From: Flavobacteriales bacterium
Lineage (GTDB): Bacteria; Bacteroidota; Bacteroidia; Flavobacteriales_F; PHOS-HE28
Assembly (NCBI GenBank): GCA_017987115.1
Contig: JAGNUG010000004.1
Coordinates: 1,445 to 65,444, forward strand
Length of the DNA: 64,000 nt
Reading direction: 5' to 3'
Positions 49,613-60,208 of the stretch are shown here, one piece after another. Below the pieces are notes generated by a model that had not been told where the DNA came from, did no database searches, and saw nothing but the letters and a program-made list of their open reading frames with translations. Made by a program: the position numbers and the translations under genes. Numbering within the stretch: the first letter of the stretch is position 1; every line of letters starts with the position of its first letter.

Positions 49613-50812
49613 TCAATGCTGCACAACAAAACGTTGCGTAGATACTCCTTCCGGCGTTCGTACCGTGAGCCCATAAACACCTTTCGTGTAGTTCCTAGTA
49701 TCAATGACGATGGTTGAGCTTTCCACTTTTTGTTCATGGACGGTTCGTCCGTCAGCAGTAGTGATCATGATCGAAGCCCCGATCGCTTTTGGATGCAATT
49801 CTACTGAAAGTTCCAGATCAGTTGGTACGGGGAAAAGTGTGAACGATGTGATCGGGTCTCGTTCCTCAATTCCAACGATCATATCCAACCGCCACCAGTC
49901 GTTGCGGCGGGCTAGGGTACCGTCCAAGCCAAGGCCGTAGTAGAGTGTGCTGGTCCATTGCTGAGAACCAAGAATCCCTGAACCAACACCACCTCTCCGA
50001 GGACCATTCGGAAAGGGGGACAATGCTGTCCAGCCATTACTGGACCACCATGTCTCAGTATGGAATTGTTGTTGTGTTGTAGCACCACACGCTAGCACAT
50101 GTACTCCGGAACCACCACCATCCGCTCCCCACCTTGGCTCAGGTAAACTATCCATTGCGTACCACTCGCCAGTTTGAAAAATTCCGGGATATCGCCAGCA
50201 ATCCTTTAATGCATTGAACGCACTATCTGCTCCGCCAAGGACAGCTAATCCGCCAGTGCTGTCAAACGATGCTGCGCGATGTCGAGCTGGTCCAGGTACA
50301 GGTGCCAAAGGCGACCAAATATCATCGTACGACCGGTATTTCCATGCCTCGTTAGTTGGTACACCACTTGCTAACATGCCCGTTGCGAGAATGGCATCCA
50401 CTGTATAAAGCCATGATGCCACGCACGCATACCGCGGCTCTGCCGGTAGTGATGCTTTCTGTTCCCATTGATCCGTTCCAGGATGGTAGGCCCACAATTC
50501 ATCCAATGCGCCATTCGGACCAAGGCCACCGAAAACGTATCCAGTATCTGCTATTGTGAATGTTGTGCAATACTGCCTTGGATCTGCGGGTAATGAAGCT
50601 ATGGAGGTCCAGGTTTCCGTAGCCGGATCATAACAGAACCAATCGTTCATCAGCACCCAACCAACTGCGTAGCCCGTACCCACATAGATCTTACCGCCAA
50701 CAGTAAATGCTGCAGCGTCATCTCGTGGAGTGCCGGGAAAATCCGGTAGTTGGGTCCATTGCGCTTGGCATAACAAGGAAAAGAAAAATACGATCGGGGT
50801 GATAATGCGCAT
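49613..50812 (-). CDS. Kelch-repeat protein with T9SS type A C-terminal domain
   Basis: Repeated W-x-x-x-A-S-L-P...R...GG units; LFPVP...KGVYGL...RFVVQH CTD; signal peptide. Confidence 0.85.
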   Translation of the reverse strand: MRIITPIVFFFSLLCQAQWTQLPDFPGTPRDDAAAFTVGGKIYVGTGYAVGWVLMNDWFCYDPATETWTSIASLPADPRQYCTTFTIADTGYVFGGLGPNGALDELWAYHPGTDQWEQKASLPAEPRYACVASWLYTVDAILATGMLASGVPTNEAWKYRSYDDIWSPLAPVPGPARHRAASFDSTGGLAVLGGADSAFNALKDCWRYPGIFQTGEWYAMDSLPEPRWGADGGGSGVHVLACGATTQQQFHTETWWSSNGWTALSPFPNGPRRGGVGSGILGSQQWTSTLYYGLGLDGTLARRNDWWRLDMIVGIEERDPITSFTLFPVPTDLELSVELHPKAIGASIMITTADGRTVHEQKVESSTIVIDTRNYTKGVYGLTVRTPEGVSTQRFVVQH

Positions 50813-50945
50813 AGCGTAAAGATATGTGTCGATCCAATGAACAAAATATCGGAGCATGGTGTTTCCATTATGGCCTGTCAACAGCAACGCATGAGGCTGG
50901 AACTTTGGCAGCAGAACACTTCTTCATCCTTTCTTTTCCATCTGG

Positions 50946-50963
50946 TTTAACCAAATGGTTAAA
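50946..50963. promoter_or_regulatory. Putative TetR operator palindrome TTTAACCA-AA-TGGTTAAA
   Basis: Perfect 8-2-8 inverted repeat ending 11 nt before the tetR ATG. Confidence 0.75.
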
Positions 50964-50974
50964 TTCGCGCCCCA

Positions 50975-51577
50975 ATGGTCGCTGAACCCTCTACTGAAGA
51001 ACGGATCCTTGAAGCTGCCCGAACCGTGTTCACGCATAAGGGTATGGCGGGTGCGCGTATGCAAGAAGTCGCTGATGAGGCAGGAATTAATAAAGCGTTG
51101 CTGCATTATTACTTCCGCAGTAAACAGCAATTGTTCGAAGGTGTTTTCAAGGGAAGTGCCGAAAGTCAGTTCCATTGTATCTGGTGCTCGCTTGAGGAAA
51201 GCGATGATCTCTTCACGGCGATCGAACGTTTCGTACCTACCTATTTGGATCAAATGCTGAAGGATCCACTGTTACCTGTTTTCGTGGTAAGTGAGATGAA
51301 TCGCGATCCTGAAGGTCTTGCACAATGGATAGATCGTGGTAGCAAAGGCCGCAATCATTTCATTCAACTTGTCGAAGCTGCACACAAGGACAAGTTGATC
51401 ATCGATATCGATCCGCGTGAATTGCTCGTGAACATGATGGCCATGTGCGCCCATCCATTCATCGCACGCCCGATGCTTGTACACATACACGGTATGAACG
51501 ACGCAGCGTTCCGCCGTATGATATTGGAACGCCGCAAGTCGGTTCCCGAATTCATAATACGAAGCATAAAGAAATGA
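50975..51577 (+). CDS. TetR/AcrR family transcriptional regulator
   Basis: ILEAA-x-x-VF-x-x-KG...VADEAGINKALLHYYFRSK. Confidence 0.95.
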   Translation: MVAEPSTEERILEAARTVFTHKGMAGARMQEVADEAGINKALLHYYFRSKQQLFEGVFKGSAESQFHCIWCSLEESDDLFTAIERFVPTYLDQMLKDPLLPVFVVSEMNRDPEGLAQWIDRGSKGRNHFIQLVEAAHKDKLIIDIDPRELLVNMMAMCAHPFIARPMLVHIHGMNDAAFRRMILERRKSVPEFIIRSIKK

Positions 51578-52698
51578 ACGACCTTTTCAAACGAAGGCTC
51601 TCTATCGTACTAGGGCTGGTATTGATCGTTGGCGGAATTGGTACTTGTAGGAAATTGGCCAATAGCAAAGAGTCACCAGATCGTTTATCGGGTGCGCAAG
51701 GTGCTCGTGCCGTTCGTACGTTGGTTGCCCGGAATGGACCAGTACGTGTGGATATTCCGATAACGGGAAGGTTGCGTGCTACGGATCGAATGCTGATCAA
51801 TGCCGAGGTAGGTGGTACGCTCCAACCGACCGGGAAGACATTTCGGGCAGGTATGACCTTGCGCAAAGGCGAAGTGCTGTTCCGGATCGACAATGGCGAG
51901 GTACGAGCGCAACTGAATGCACAGCAAAGCGCTTTCTTACGGACCTTGGTTCAACTGGTACCCGATATGCGTTTTGATCTACCCAACGCAGCATCGAAAT
52001 GGGATGCCTACTTGAAGAGCATTCCCGTGGAAGGTCAGTTACCCGCATTGCCGGATATTGCCGATGAACAGGAACGCAATTACTTGGCTGGTCGAGGTGT
52101 GCTTGATCAGTATTATAACATCCAAGTTCTTTATGAGCGTTTGGCCAAGTACGTGATCACGGCACCATTCGATGGTACTGTGGTCATGGCACCCGTTGAA
52201 CCAGGAACGATCGTTACACCCGGAACCCGTCTTGGTGAGTTCATCGCGCCGAATTCTTTGGAACTTGAAACCGCTATTGGTGCTGGTGAACTGGCCTATG
52301 TGCATGTAGGAGATACGTTGCATCTCCGCAGTTCGGAAAGTCCAGGTAAGTGGGTCGGACGTATTCTTCGCACTAGCGAAAGTATTGACCCCACCACGCA
52401 AACAGTGAGCGTCTTCGTTGCGGTACAAGGCAAGGATCTGCTCGACGGACAGTACTTGAGCGGCTCGATCAAGGCAGGCGCATTGACAGATGCTGTTTCT
52501 GTTCCACGCAGTGCACTTGTGCCGGAGAATGCGTTATACATCGTGGAGGATTCAGCATTGGTAATTGTACCGGTTGACGTGATCTACCAAGGAATGGAGC
52601 ATGCATTGGTACGTGGTCTCGCAGATGGGCAGGTCGTTGTGACGGATCGATTGAGTGGCGCCTATGAAGGGTTGCGTGTAGCACCAGTGAAGGAATGA
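51574..52698 (+). CDS. RND efflux periplasmic adaptor (MFP)
   Basis: N-terminal TM, GEVLFRID, ITAPFDG, IDPTTQT; translationally coupled to tetR. Confidence 0.9.
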   Translation: MNDLFKRRLSIVLGLVLIVGGIGTCRKLANSKESPDRLSGAQGARAVRTLVARNGPVRVDIPITGRLRATDRMLINAEVGGTLQPTGKTFRAGMTLRKGEVLFRIDNGEVRAQLNAQQSAFLRTLVQLVPDMRFDLPNAASKWDAYLKSIPVEGQLPALPDIADEQERNYLAGRGVLDQYYNIQVLYERLAKYVITAPFDGTVVMAPVEPGTIVTPGTRLGEFIAPNSLELETAIGAGELAYVHVGDTLHLRSSESPGKWVGRILRTSESIDPTTQTVSVFVAVQGKDLLDGQYLSGSIKAGALTDAVSVPRSALVPENALYIVEDSALVIVPVDVIYQGMEHALVRGLADGQVVVTDRLSGAYEGLRVAPVKE

Positions 52699-55600
52699 AA
52701 GGCCTGACCGCATATTTCCTCAAGTACAACGTAGCGGTTGATACCGTGATGTTGCTGATCATCATCTTCGGAATGTTCGGCCTGAAGAACACACGGAGTT
52801 CTTTTTTTCCTGAGACAGAGAGTCGTGTGATCCAAGTGCAAGTGATCTATCCCGGTGCAGCACCTGTTGAGGTCGAGCAGGGCGTGATCCTGCGGATCGA
52901 GGATAACGTAAAGGGTGTTTCGGGTGTTGAACGGATCAGTAGCATAAGCCAAGAGAATGGTGGTGTGATCACGATCGAAGTGGTTAAAGGCTACGATACC
53001 GATGTGGTCCTACAGGATGTCAAGAACGCGGTGGATCAAGTACCGCAATTGCCGGACGGAATGGAACCGATCCGTGCATTCAAACGGGAGAACCTTCAGT
53101 TGGCCGTGAGCTTTGCGCTTATCGGGGATGGCGTGGACCTGCGCACGCTTAAGACCATTGCGCGCAAGGCCGAATCGGATCTTCGTTCGGTGAAAGGCAT
53201 CAGCAAAGTTGAACTGACCGGCTTTCCGGAAGAAGAGATCGAAGTGGCATTCCGTGAAGCTGATCTGCGTGCGAACAACCTGAGTTTCCAGCAAGCTGCT
53301 GCTGCTGTTCGTGGAGCGAACATCGATGTGACCGGTGGTAAGATCAAGACCAGCGATGAGGAATTGTTGATCCGCGTACGCGATAAAAGTGTGGAAGCCG
53401 AAGGATTCCGGAATGTTGTGATCCGCTCAACACCCGATGGTCGCACGTTGCGATTGCGTGATGTAGCCGATGTGACGGATACTTGGGCCGATGACCCGAA
53501 CCGATCCTATGTGCACTTGCCCGGAGAAGTTGATAAAACCGATCCGAGCGTCGTAATAAGCGTGTACAGCACGGTCACGGAGGATATTCTTGCCAATGCC
53601 GAAGCTACTGTGAATTTCATGAATGACTTCAATGCGAACAATACCATTGTGAAGGCCGTGTTGATCAACGATGCCACCAAGGTGTTGCAGCAGCGTATCG
53701 AAATGCTCGTAACCAACGGATTGCAAGGTTTCGTACTTGTCTTGATAACACTTGCACTTTTCTTGAATTGGCGTCTGGCATTCTGGGTGGCGCTCAGTAT
53801 CCCAGTGGCATTTGCCGGTATGTTCATCATTGCACCTGGGTTCATCACCATCAACGTGCTAAGTCTGTTCGGTATGATCCTCGTGGTCGGAATACTCGTT
53901 GACGACGGTATCGTGATCTGCGAAAGCATCTATCAGGAATACGAAAAAGGGCTTAAGCCGATCCAAGCCGCATTGGTCGGTTCACAAAAAGTGATGCCCG
54001 CCGTGATCAGTTCGATCCTGACCACAGTGGCTGCCTTCAGTACCTTCTTCTACATAGAAGGTAGGCTTGGTGATTTCGCTCCTGCCATGGCATTCGTCGT
54101 TATCGCGACATTATTGTTCTCGCTGGTCGAAGCAGCGTTCATTCTGCCTGCGCACGTTGCGCATTCCAAAGGCTTGAGCCGAGGAGAAAAGAACCGTGTT
54201 GAGAAGTATATGGATGGCGTGATGTCACGTGTTCGCGATAACCGGTACGGTCCCTTTTTCGATCGCTTCATGCGGAACAAGATGCTCACCGTTGGCATTG
54301 CCTTCTTCCTTTTAGCGCTCACGATCGGTGCTGCGGGGGCGGGGATCATCCGCCTCACCTTCTTTCCATCCATTGAGCGCGATGATGTTCAGGTGGAACT
54401 GGAAATGGTCGGTGGTACACGCGAGGATGTTGTGTTGAGCGAATTGCGTGACATCGAACACATGGTCTGGGATCTGAACCAGGAGTTCGGTGGCAAACTG
54501 GAGGATAGCACCGACGTGGTCCTGAAAGTGCAGACCATACTCGGACCACGACCTGAGCAAGGCAAACTCAACATCATTCTGTTGGATGGTGAATTGCGAG
54601 GTTTCCGGGCCGAGGACCTGACCAACGCGTTACGCGAACGTGTCCGACCCATTCCGGGCGCAGCCAACCTCACATTCGGACTTGCTTCGGTTTTCGGTAA
54701 GCCGGTCTCTGTTTCGCTGCGAAGCAATGATCTTGCGGAACTGAACCAGGCCAAAGAGGAATTGCGGATCCAGCTTTCAGAGCTTTCCACGTTGCGCGAT
54801 GTAGTGGATACCGATCGCCCTGGATCTCGTGAAGTGGTTCTTCAGTTAAAGGAGAAAGCACATTTGCTCGGCTTTACACAGATGGAATTGGTTGGCCAAG
54901 TAAGACAAGGATTCTTCGGACTTGAAGCACAACGAGTGCAGCGTGGGGAGGATGAAGTGAAGGTGTATGTGCGTTACACTGAAGAAGGTCGTTCGTCCTT
55001 GCGTGACCTGGAGGACATGCGTATCCGCACGAGTGACGGCAGGCAGTTCCCATTGAGCGAATTGGCGAGCTATCACATCGAACGCGGTATCCGCGCGATC
55101 AATCACTTGGACGGCAAACGTGAAGTTCGTGTTGAAGCGGATCTGGCCAGCAGTAGTTTAAGCGCAACCGATGCACAAGCAACCGTAGCGAACGAGATCA
55201 TGGTTCCACTGATGGCAAAATATCCGGGCATCAGTTACAGTTTTGAAGGACAAGGCGTGGAGGGCAAGAAAGTGGGCGATTCCGCAATGCGGGTAATGCC
55301 GATCACGTTGATCATCATGATCTCCATGATCGTGATCACGTTGCGTTCGTTCTGGCAAATGATCGCGGTTGTGTTGTGCATTCCGCTTGGTTTCATTGGC
55401 GTTGGCTGGGGCCACTGGATCCACGATGTACAGATCAGCCTCTTCAGCTTTTTCGGATTGATCGCGTTGATCGGTGTCATGGTGAACGATTCACTGGTAC
55501 TCGTGAGCACCTTCAATGCAAACATGAAGGACCGTATGCCCTTCAATGAAGCGTTGCGCTCTGCGGCTCTGTCACGTTTGCGACCGATCATCCTCACCTC

Positions 55601-55868
55601 GCTTACGACCGTTGCAGGCCTGTTGCCATTAACATTGAATCGCAGCTTCCAAGCACAATTCCTGATACCTATGGCCGTAACAGTAGCGTACGGACTTGCG
55701 ATCGCCACATTTGTTACGCTCATTGTGCTGCCAACGTTACTTGCCACGTTGAACCAATTGCGCCGTTTCCGTTGGTGGGCATGGAATGCCGAATGGCCGA
55801 CGCCGGAACAAGATGAACCTGCCGTGAAAGAACTGCCCTATGAAAACCTGGAAGACACTCGCGCTTAG
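52695..55868 (+). CDS. RND efflux permease (AcrB/AcrD/AcrF family)
   Basis: 1057 aa; GILVDDGIVI, GVMVNDSLVL, RLRPIILTSLTT. Confidence 0.95.
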   Translation: MKGLTAYFLKYNVAVDTVMLLIIIFGMFGLKNTRSSFFPETESRVIQVQVIYPGAAPVEVEQGVILRIEDNVKGVSGVERISSISQENGGVITIEVVKGYDTDVVLQDVKNAVDQVPQLPDGMEPIRAFKRENLQLAVSFALIGDGVDLRTLKTIARKAESDLRSVKGISKVELTGFPEEEIEVAFREADLRANNLSFQQAAAAVRGANIDVTGGKIKTSDEELLIRVRDKSVEAEGFRNVVIRSTPDGRTLRLRDVADVTDTWADDPNRSYVHLPGEVDKTDPSVVISVYSTVTEDILANAEATVNFMNDFNANNTIVKAVLINDATKVLQQRIEMLVTNGLQGFVLVLITLALFLNWRLAFWVALSIPVAFAGMFIIAPGFITINVLSLFGMILVVGILVDDGIVICESIYQEYEKGLKPIQAALVGSQKVMPAVISSILTTVAAFSTFFYIEGRLGDFAPAMAFVVIATLLFSLVEAAFILPAHVAHSKGLSRGEKNRVEKYMDGVMSRVRDNRYGPFFDRFMRNKMLTVGIAFFLLALTIGAAGAGIIRLTFFPSIERDDVQVELEMVGGTREDVVLSELRDIEHMVWDLNQEFGGKLEDSTDVVLKVQTILGPRPEQGKLNIILLDGELRGFRAEDLTNALRERVRPIPGAANLTFGLASVFGKPVSVSLRSNDLAELNQAKEELRIQLSELSTLRDVVDTDRPGSREVVLQLKEKAHLLGFTQMELVGQVRQGFFGLEAQRVQRGEDEVKVYVRYTEEGRSSLRDLEDMRIRTSDGRQFPLSELASYHIERGIRAINHLDGKREVRVEADLASSSLSATDAQATVANEIMVPLMAKYPGISYSFEGQGVEGKKVGDSAMRVMPITLIIMISMIVITLRSFWQMIAVVLCIPLGFIGVGWGHWIHDVQISLFSFFGLIALIGVMVNDSLVLVSTFNANMKDRMPFNEALRSAALSRLRPIILTSLTTVAGLLPLTLNRSFQAQFLIPMAVTVAYGLAIATFVTLIVLPTLLATLNQLRRFRWWAWNAEWPTPEQDEPAVKELPYENLEDTRA

Positions 55869-57162
55869 CATCGGCTGCTTGCTCGTTACTGGTGTAGTAG
55901 CGCAGGATACGCTTAGTTTGGATCAGGCTATTACACTCGCCTTGGAGAACGAGCATGGGATACGTATAGCTGAGAACGATGCTGCAATTGCCGATGCTCA
56001 AGCCACAGCAGGTATGGCTGGCTTGCTGCCGAAATTGGATGCAACCGGTCGGGCCAACTACAGTAACCAGGACACACGATTGGATTTTTCTCCTCCCCTT
56101 GAAGATGTTGAAAGCACAGGGGTCGTGAGTTCAACACTGACCGGCCAGTTAGGCTTAACATATACGCTATTCAATGGGATGGGCAACTTCGCCACCTATG
56201 ATCGTGCAAAGCTGAATGCCGAAGTTGCTGATCTACGTACCCGTTCACAAATGGAGGGCACGCTTACACAAGTGATCGCATTGTATTATTCACTCGCTGC
56301 ACAGGATGAGGATGTGGAGATCACGCAACGCATTCTGGATATCAGCAAGGAGCGGTTCCAGCGGCAAGAAGGCAAAGCGGAGCTCGGTGGTGCTGGTCGG
56401 TTGGATGTGTTGAATGCCCAGGTGGATCTTCAGTCGGATAGTGTATCATACATACTAGCAAAGCAACGTCGCGAACGAAGTGCACGTGACCTGAATGTGT
56501 TGCTCGGAAGAGCGCCGGGCACGGAACTGAACGTTTCCGATCAAGTGCAGTACGCTACCGGACTTTCCTTGGATCAACTCGTCACTGAGGCGATGCAAGG
56601 CAACGTACAATTGCGCACTGCATTAGCTCAAGTGCGAACGGCTGAAGCGGATCAACGCATTGCCAAAGCACTCCGTTGGCCGCGGTTGGACCTGAACGCG
56701 AACTATGGCATTAATGATCAGAAGAACGGAATAGGACTTGTATTAGGGACATACACACAAGGGTTGAATGGTGGACTGACATTGAGCGTGCCGATCTTCG
56801 ATGGTGGTCGTATCAATACGCAAACAAAGACAGCTCAGCTCCGTGCAGAAATTGCTGCGCTTGCGGAGGAACAAGCGAGGTTGCAAGTAGAACGCGATGT
56901 GCGGAATGCATTCACTACGTGGACTGGACAACGAGATGTCATGCGGATACAGAATGACGCTGTGAAGACCGCACAACTCAACTTTGATCGCACCAAGGAA
57001 TTGTTCCAAACTGGCCAACTCACTGGCCTGCAGTTCCGACAAGCTCAGCTTGATCTCGCCAATGCGGAACGACAAAGTGTTGTTGCAGGATTCGATACCA
57101 AAGTCGCAGAGCTGCAATTGTTGCGTGCAAGCGGTGGGTTGTTGGAAGGAGTTGGGCAGTGA
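55840..57162 (+). CDS. TolC family outer-membrane efflux protein
   Basis: Signal peptide; two OEP repeats (LLPKLD, RWPRLDL, VPIFDGG). Confidence 0.92.
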   Translation: MKTWKTLALSIGCLLVTGVVAQDTLSLDQAITLALENEHGIRIAENDAAIADAQATAGMAGLLPKLDATGRANYSNQDTRLDFSPPLEDVESTGVVSSTLTGQLGLTYTLFNGMGNFATYDRAKLNAEVADLRTRSQMEGTLTQVIALYYSLAAQDEDVEITQRILDISKERFQRQEGKAELGGAGRLDVLNAQVDLQSDSVSYILAKQRRERSARDLNVLLGRAPGTELNVSDQVQYATGLSLDQLVTEAMQGNVQLRTALAQVRTAEADQRIAKALRWPRLDLNANYGINDQKNGIGLVLGTYTQGLNGGLTLSVPIFDGGRINTQTKTAQLRAEIAALAEEQARLQVERDVRNAFTTWTGQRDVMRIQNDAVKTAQLNFDRTKELFQTGQLTGLQFRQAQLDLANAERQSVVAGFDTKVAELQLLRASGGLLEGVGQ

Positions 57163-57378
57163 TCTGCGTTCGAGAATTTGCAGGTAATTCTATACGTGAC
57201 TTGGACCTGATCCGTTGATCCTCGGAATAGTTCAAGGTCCATGTTTATTTTCAAGATTGCATCATATTGATACTTCTGGTGGGTTTATCTGTTCGTGACC
57301 ACTTGATCGAGTCTTCTTTCCTAAGATTTGGATGCAACGATCATTTCAACCAACTTCGCTCACCTAACACGAACCATA

Positions 57379-57819
57379 ATGAAGTCCACCAAACACATTG
57401 TTATCCTCTCTTTTGCCATGTTCTCTATGGCGGCATGTTCCAGTGAACCCAAGAATGAAACACCTGAGCAGAAGGAGGAACGGGTCGTAGAGGAGGCAGT
57501 GAAATGCGATCCACTCGTGAACGAATTCAAGGAGCTTATGGTGGAGTACGAGATGACGCTTGGTGAAATGGTTACCGCTAAACAGGTTTATCCTGAAAAA
57601 CAAGCAGCTCTTGCGAAAAAAGCGAAGGACCTCAGCGATCGGATACAGGAGCGCGGAGAAAAGTCACTCGGTGTAAAGTGTTGGTCTGAATTTCAGACCA
57701 TTGGTAAGACATACGGCCCGCGTATCATGAAACTTGGTATGGAACTAGCCACGATGGAAGGTGGCATGGAGGGGGTGGACCCGGCAATGATAGAGCAGTT
57801 GCAGAAAGTGATGCAGTAG
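57379..57819 (+). CDS. Helical lipoprotein, hypothetical
   Basis: MKSTK-hydrophobic-MAAC lipobox followed by an acidic linker. Confidence 0.7.
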   Translation: MKSTKHIVILSFAMFSMAACSSEPKNETPEQKEERVVEEAVKCDPLVNEFKELMVEYEMTLGEMVTAKQVYPEKQAALAKKAKDLSDRIQERGEKSLGVKCWSEFQTIGKTYGPRIMKLGMELATMEGGMEGVDPAMIEQLQKVMQ

Positions 57820-57835
57820 CTGCGGTGAGTTCAAT

Positions 57836-58837
57836 ATGAGCAAGCAGACACATCGTTCCAAACTGCTGCCGGGGATCACGTTCGTGGTGTGTCTTGCACT
57901 CTTAGGAGTTTTTGTCGGTGGCGTCATTGGACGATCTGCGGTACCGAAGTCGCATGGGCTTGCTGGCGCTGCCGAAGTGCTCGGTTATGTGTTAGTGCTA
58001 TCCATCGCTTTCATTGTGATCGGTATTTTACTGGTGAAGAAATTTTCACGACGACGGATCGTTCGATCGTTACTTTTTGTAGGTCCGTTAGCGTTGATGT
58101 TGGTGGCCTATGGAACGTGGCGATTCATGCAGATGAAGGCCGGACAGGACGAACAATGGCAAAATGAGCAAGAGCGGTATAAGCAATTGAAACCAACGGC
58201 CCCCGCAGTGTCGGTCATGTTCGCATCACAACACGCACCAATTGATGTATCTCGTTCTAATGTGGCGCAGACCGGACCAGTGCTTGGTCTTGGGATAGGG
58301 TCACCGATCCTGGAACGCGGCGTCTTCCACTTCTATAATGAACCGGATATGGACCAGCTCCCGGCAACATTCCTGGCACTGGATAGCCTCACCTTCGCAA
58401 AGGGCGAGCATTTCACTAACATCACCTCGGCCCCACCATGGTTCCTACCGGCGCATATGAAGTTGGACTATGACTTGCTTCTGCTGAAGGTAATTACGCT
58501 CGCACGCAATTGGGTGGAAGTGGAAGTGAACATGTTGGATGGCACTACGCGCTGGGTAGATAGACAGGAATTGGAAATTGTTCTATGGCCGGAATTCATC
58601 AGTACCGTGGGCAGTGTGGAGATCTTGGATCCGGTATCAAATCCGATCCGCATCAAGCCTCTTGATCATGCATCTGTTCTTGCTGATGGCGCTGGTGCCT
58701 TATTGAATCCGCTCGCGGTGCAAGGAGATTGGCTGATGGTGGGAACTTCAGAATTGGCTGACCGCATTGCACCGACCGGATGGATCCGCTGGCGTGATGG
58801 CGAACGACTATTGGTTCGTTACAATTTGTTGTGCTGA
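57836..58837 (+). CDS. Three-TM membrane protein with C-terminal tandem SH3b-like segments
   Basis: Three N-terminal TMs; NWVEV...TRWVD and GDWLMV...GWIRW. Confidence 0.6.
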   Translation: MSKQTHRSKLLPGITFVVCLALLGVFVGGVIGRSAVPKSHGLAGAAEVLGYVLVLSIAFIVIGILLVKKFSRRRIVRSLLFVGPLALMLVAYGTWRFMQMKAGQDEQWQNEQERYKQLKPTAPAVSVMFASQHAPIDVSRSNVAQTGPVLGLGIGSPILERGVFHFYNEPDMDQLPATFLALDSLTFAKGEHFTNITSAPPWFLPAHMKLDYDLLLLKVITLARNWVEVEVNMLDGTTRWVDRQELEIVLWPEFISTVGSVEILDPVSNPIRIKPLDHASVLADGAGALLNPLAVQGDWLMVGTSELADRIAPTGWIRWRDGERLLVRYNLLC

Positions 58838-58870
58838 GCCTATGTATGTGATCTGCGGAACGGTGTCCAA

Positions 58871-60013
58871 TTACCGATACTTGAACCACGCAGCAAAGAA
58901 CGGATTGTAAGGTGCATAGACCGGCTTACCGGATCCTTCAGTGTAGGTCGTTATATAGATCAACTCACGATCGATCAAGGCTTGGATTGCATGGGTCAGC
59001 GCTGCGGAAGAGGGGAGGTCGTACTTCTTAATGAAAGCACCACCCGTGGGTGTATCCACTTCGCCTTCCCTGGATACCGCAGCGAACAGGTCCCATTGAT
59101 TCTTGGTCAACGCACTGCGTAAGGTGGCCATGATCGCATCTTGTTCACGGACCGTTGACAGGATCACGTGTACAATGGTATCACGATCCAGCGGACGTGG
59201 ATCACCGAACAACCGGTTGAACAACACTTGCAAGTAGTAGGTATGCCCGCGACAGATGTCGTAACAGAAATAGGTATCTTCCAGTGTGATCTTGCGCTTG
59301 TGTCGTTTCAATAAGGCTTGCGCGAATTTCGCATACGTGGTGCGGTCAATTCGGGCTAATTCCACTTGGTCCGCGCTAGCGTAGAACGGGTTCTTTGCGT
59401 TGTTGAACAGGTCCAACAACATGTGGCGTTGGCTACCGGAGAATATGCAGCGCACTTTGGGACTGTTCTGTAGCTCGGTTCGCAGTAGTGCATCCATCCG
59501 GACATCCTTGAATGTCGCGATCTGTTGGAATTCATCAATGGCCAGGAAGATCGTTCGGTCCTGTTCATTCAAGAACCGGAAGATCTCGCGGGTAGTGGCT
59601 GCCTCCTGCTTTTGGCTACCACGATCCAGTGATATGCTGGGTTTGCCGGTCAATTCATCTACACTTATCACCGGACGGATGGACGAGAACCACGTCATTA
59701 CATTCTTAATGAACTGTTTCGGCGTTGGGTTCAACGACTGGTTCACAGCATTCAGCAGGATCGTGTTGAGATCATGCACGTCCTGTGCAGCATAGATATC
59801 CGCGAACACGGTACGCGCACCACGGACTTTGCTCAGTTCATTGAAGATATGTTGGATCAACCCGGTTTTGCCGTAACGCCGCGGGCTGTACAGCATCACA
59901 TGTCGCCCGTTGCGTAAGGCAGAGGATATGCTGGCTGTTTCATCCTCTCGGTCGCAAAAGAGCTGGGGCGAGCGGTATGCCGTTACCACGAAGGGATTAT
60001 CGTCTTCCATCAT
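58871..60013 (-). CDS. AAA+ ATPase (archaeal-ATPase/ATPase_2 family) with probable C-terminal winged helix
   Basis: NPF...FCDR, SPRRYGKT Walker A, IDEFQ Walker B, FSGS, GHTYY; C-terminal helix-turn-helix-like segment. Confidence 0.85.
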   Translation of the reverse strand: MMEDDNPFVVTAYRSPQLFCDREDETASISSALRNGRHVMLYSPRRYGKTGLIQHIFNELSKVRGARTVFADIYAAQDVHDLNTILLNAVNQSLNPTPKQFIKNVMTWFSSIRPVISVDELTGKPSISLDRGSQKQEAATTREIFRFLNEQDRTIFLAIDEFQQIATFKDVRMDALLRTELQNSPKVRCIFSGSQRHMLLDLFNNAKNPFYASADQVELARIDRTTYAKFAQALLKRHKRKITLEDTYFCYDICRGHTYYLQVLFNRLFGDPRPLDRDTIVHVILSTVREQDAIMATLRSALTKNQWDLFAAVSREGEVDTPTGGAFIKKYDLPSSAALTHAIQALIDRELIYITTYTEGSGKPVYAPYNPFFAAWFKYR

Positions 60014-60015
60014 AA

Positions 60016-60070
60016 CAAAGGTAAACGAATATTACTAAAGAAAGTTTACTAAATTGTTTTTAGTAATATT
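60016..60070 (-). promoter_or_regulatory. -7 box (TACCTTTG) plus AT-rich inverted repeat, putative operator of the AAA+ ATPase gene
   Basis: AATATTACTAAA (60028-60039) and TTTAGTAATATT (60059-60070) are perfect inverses; a third TTACTAAA lies at 60046-60053. Confidence 0.7.
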
Positions 60071-60208
60071 TATTGAAAAGGAAGTATTCGGAGACCCTTT
60101 GTCCTTATGGTGAATGCGCTCACGGACCAATTTCGTGTCACCACGAATAAGGTACCCCACAATAACGCCGGAGCAGATATGATCCACCCCGGCGCTCATT
60201 CACCTTAA

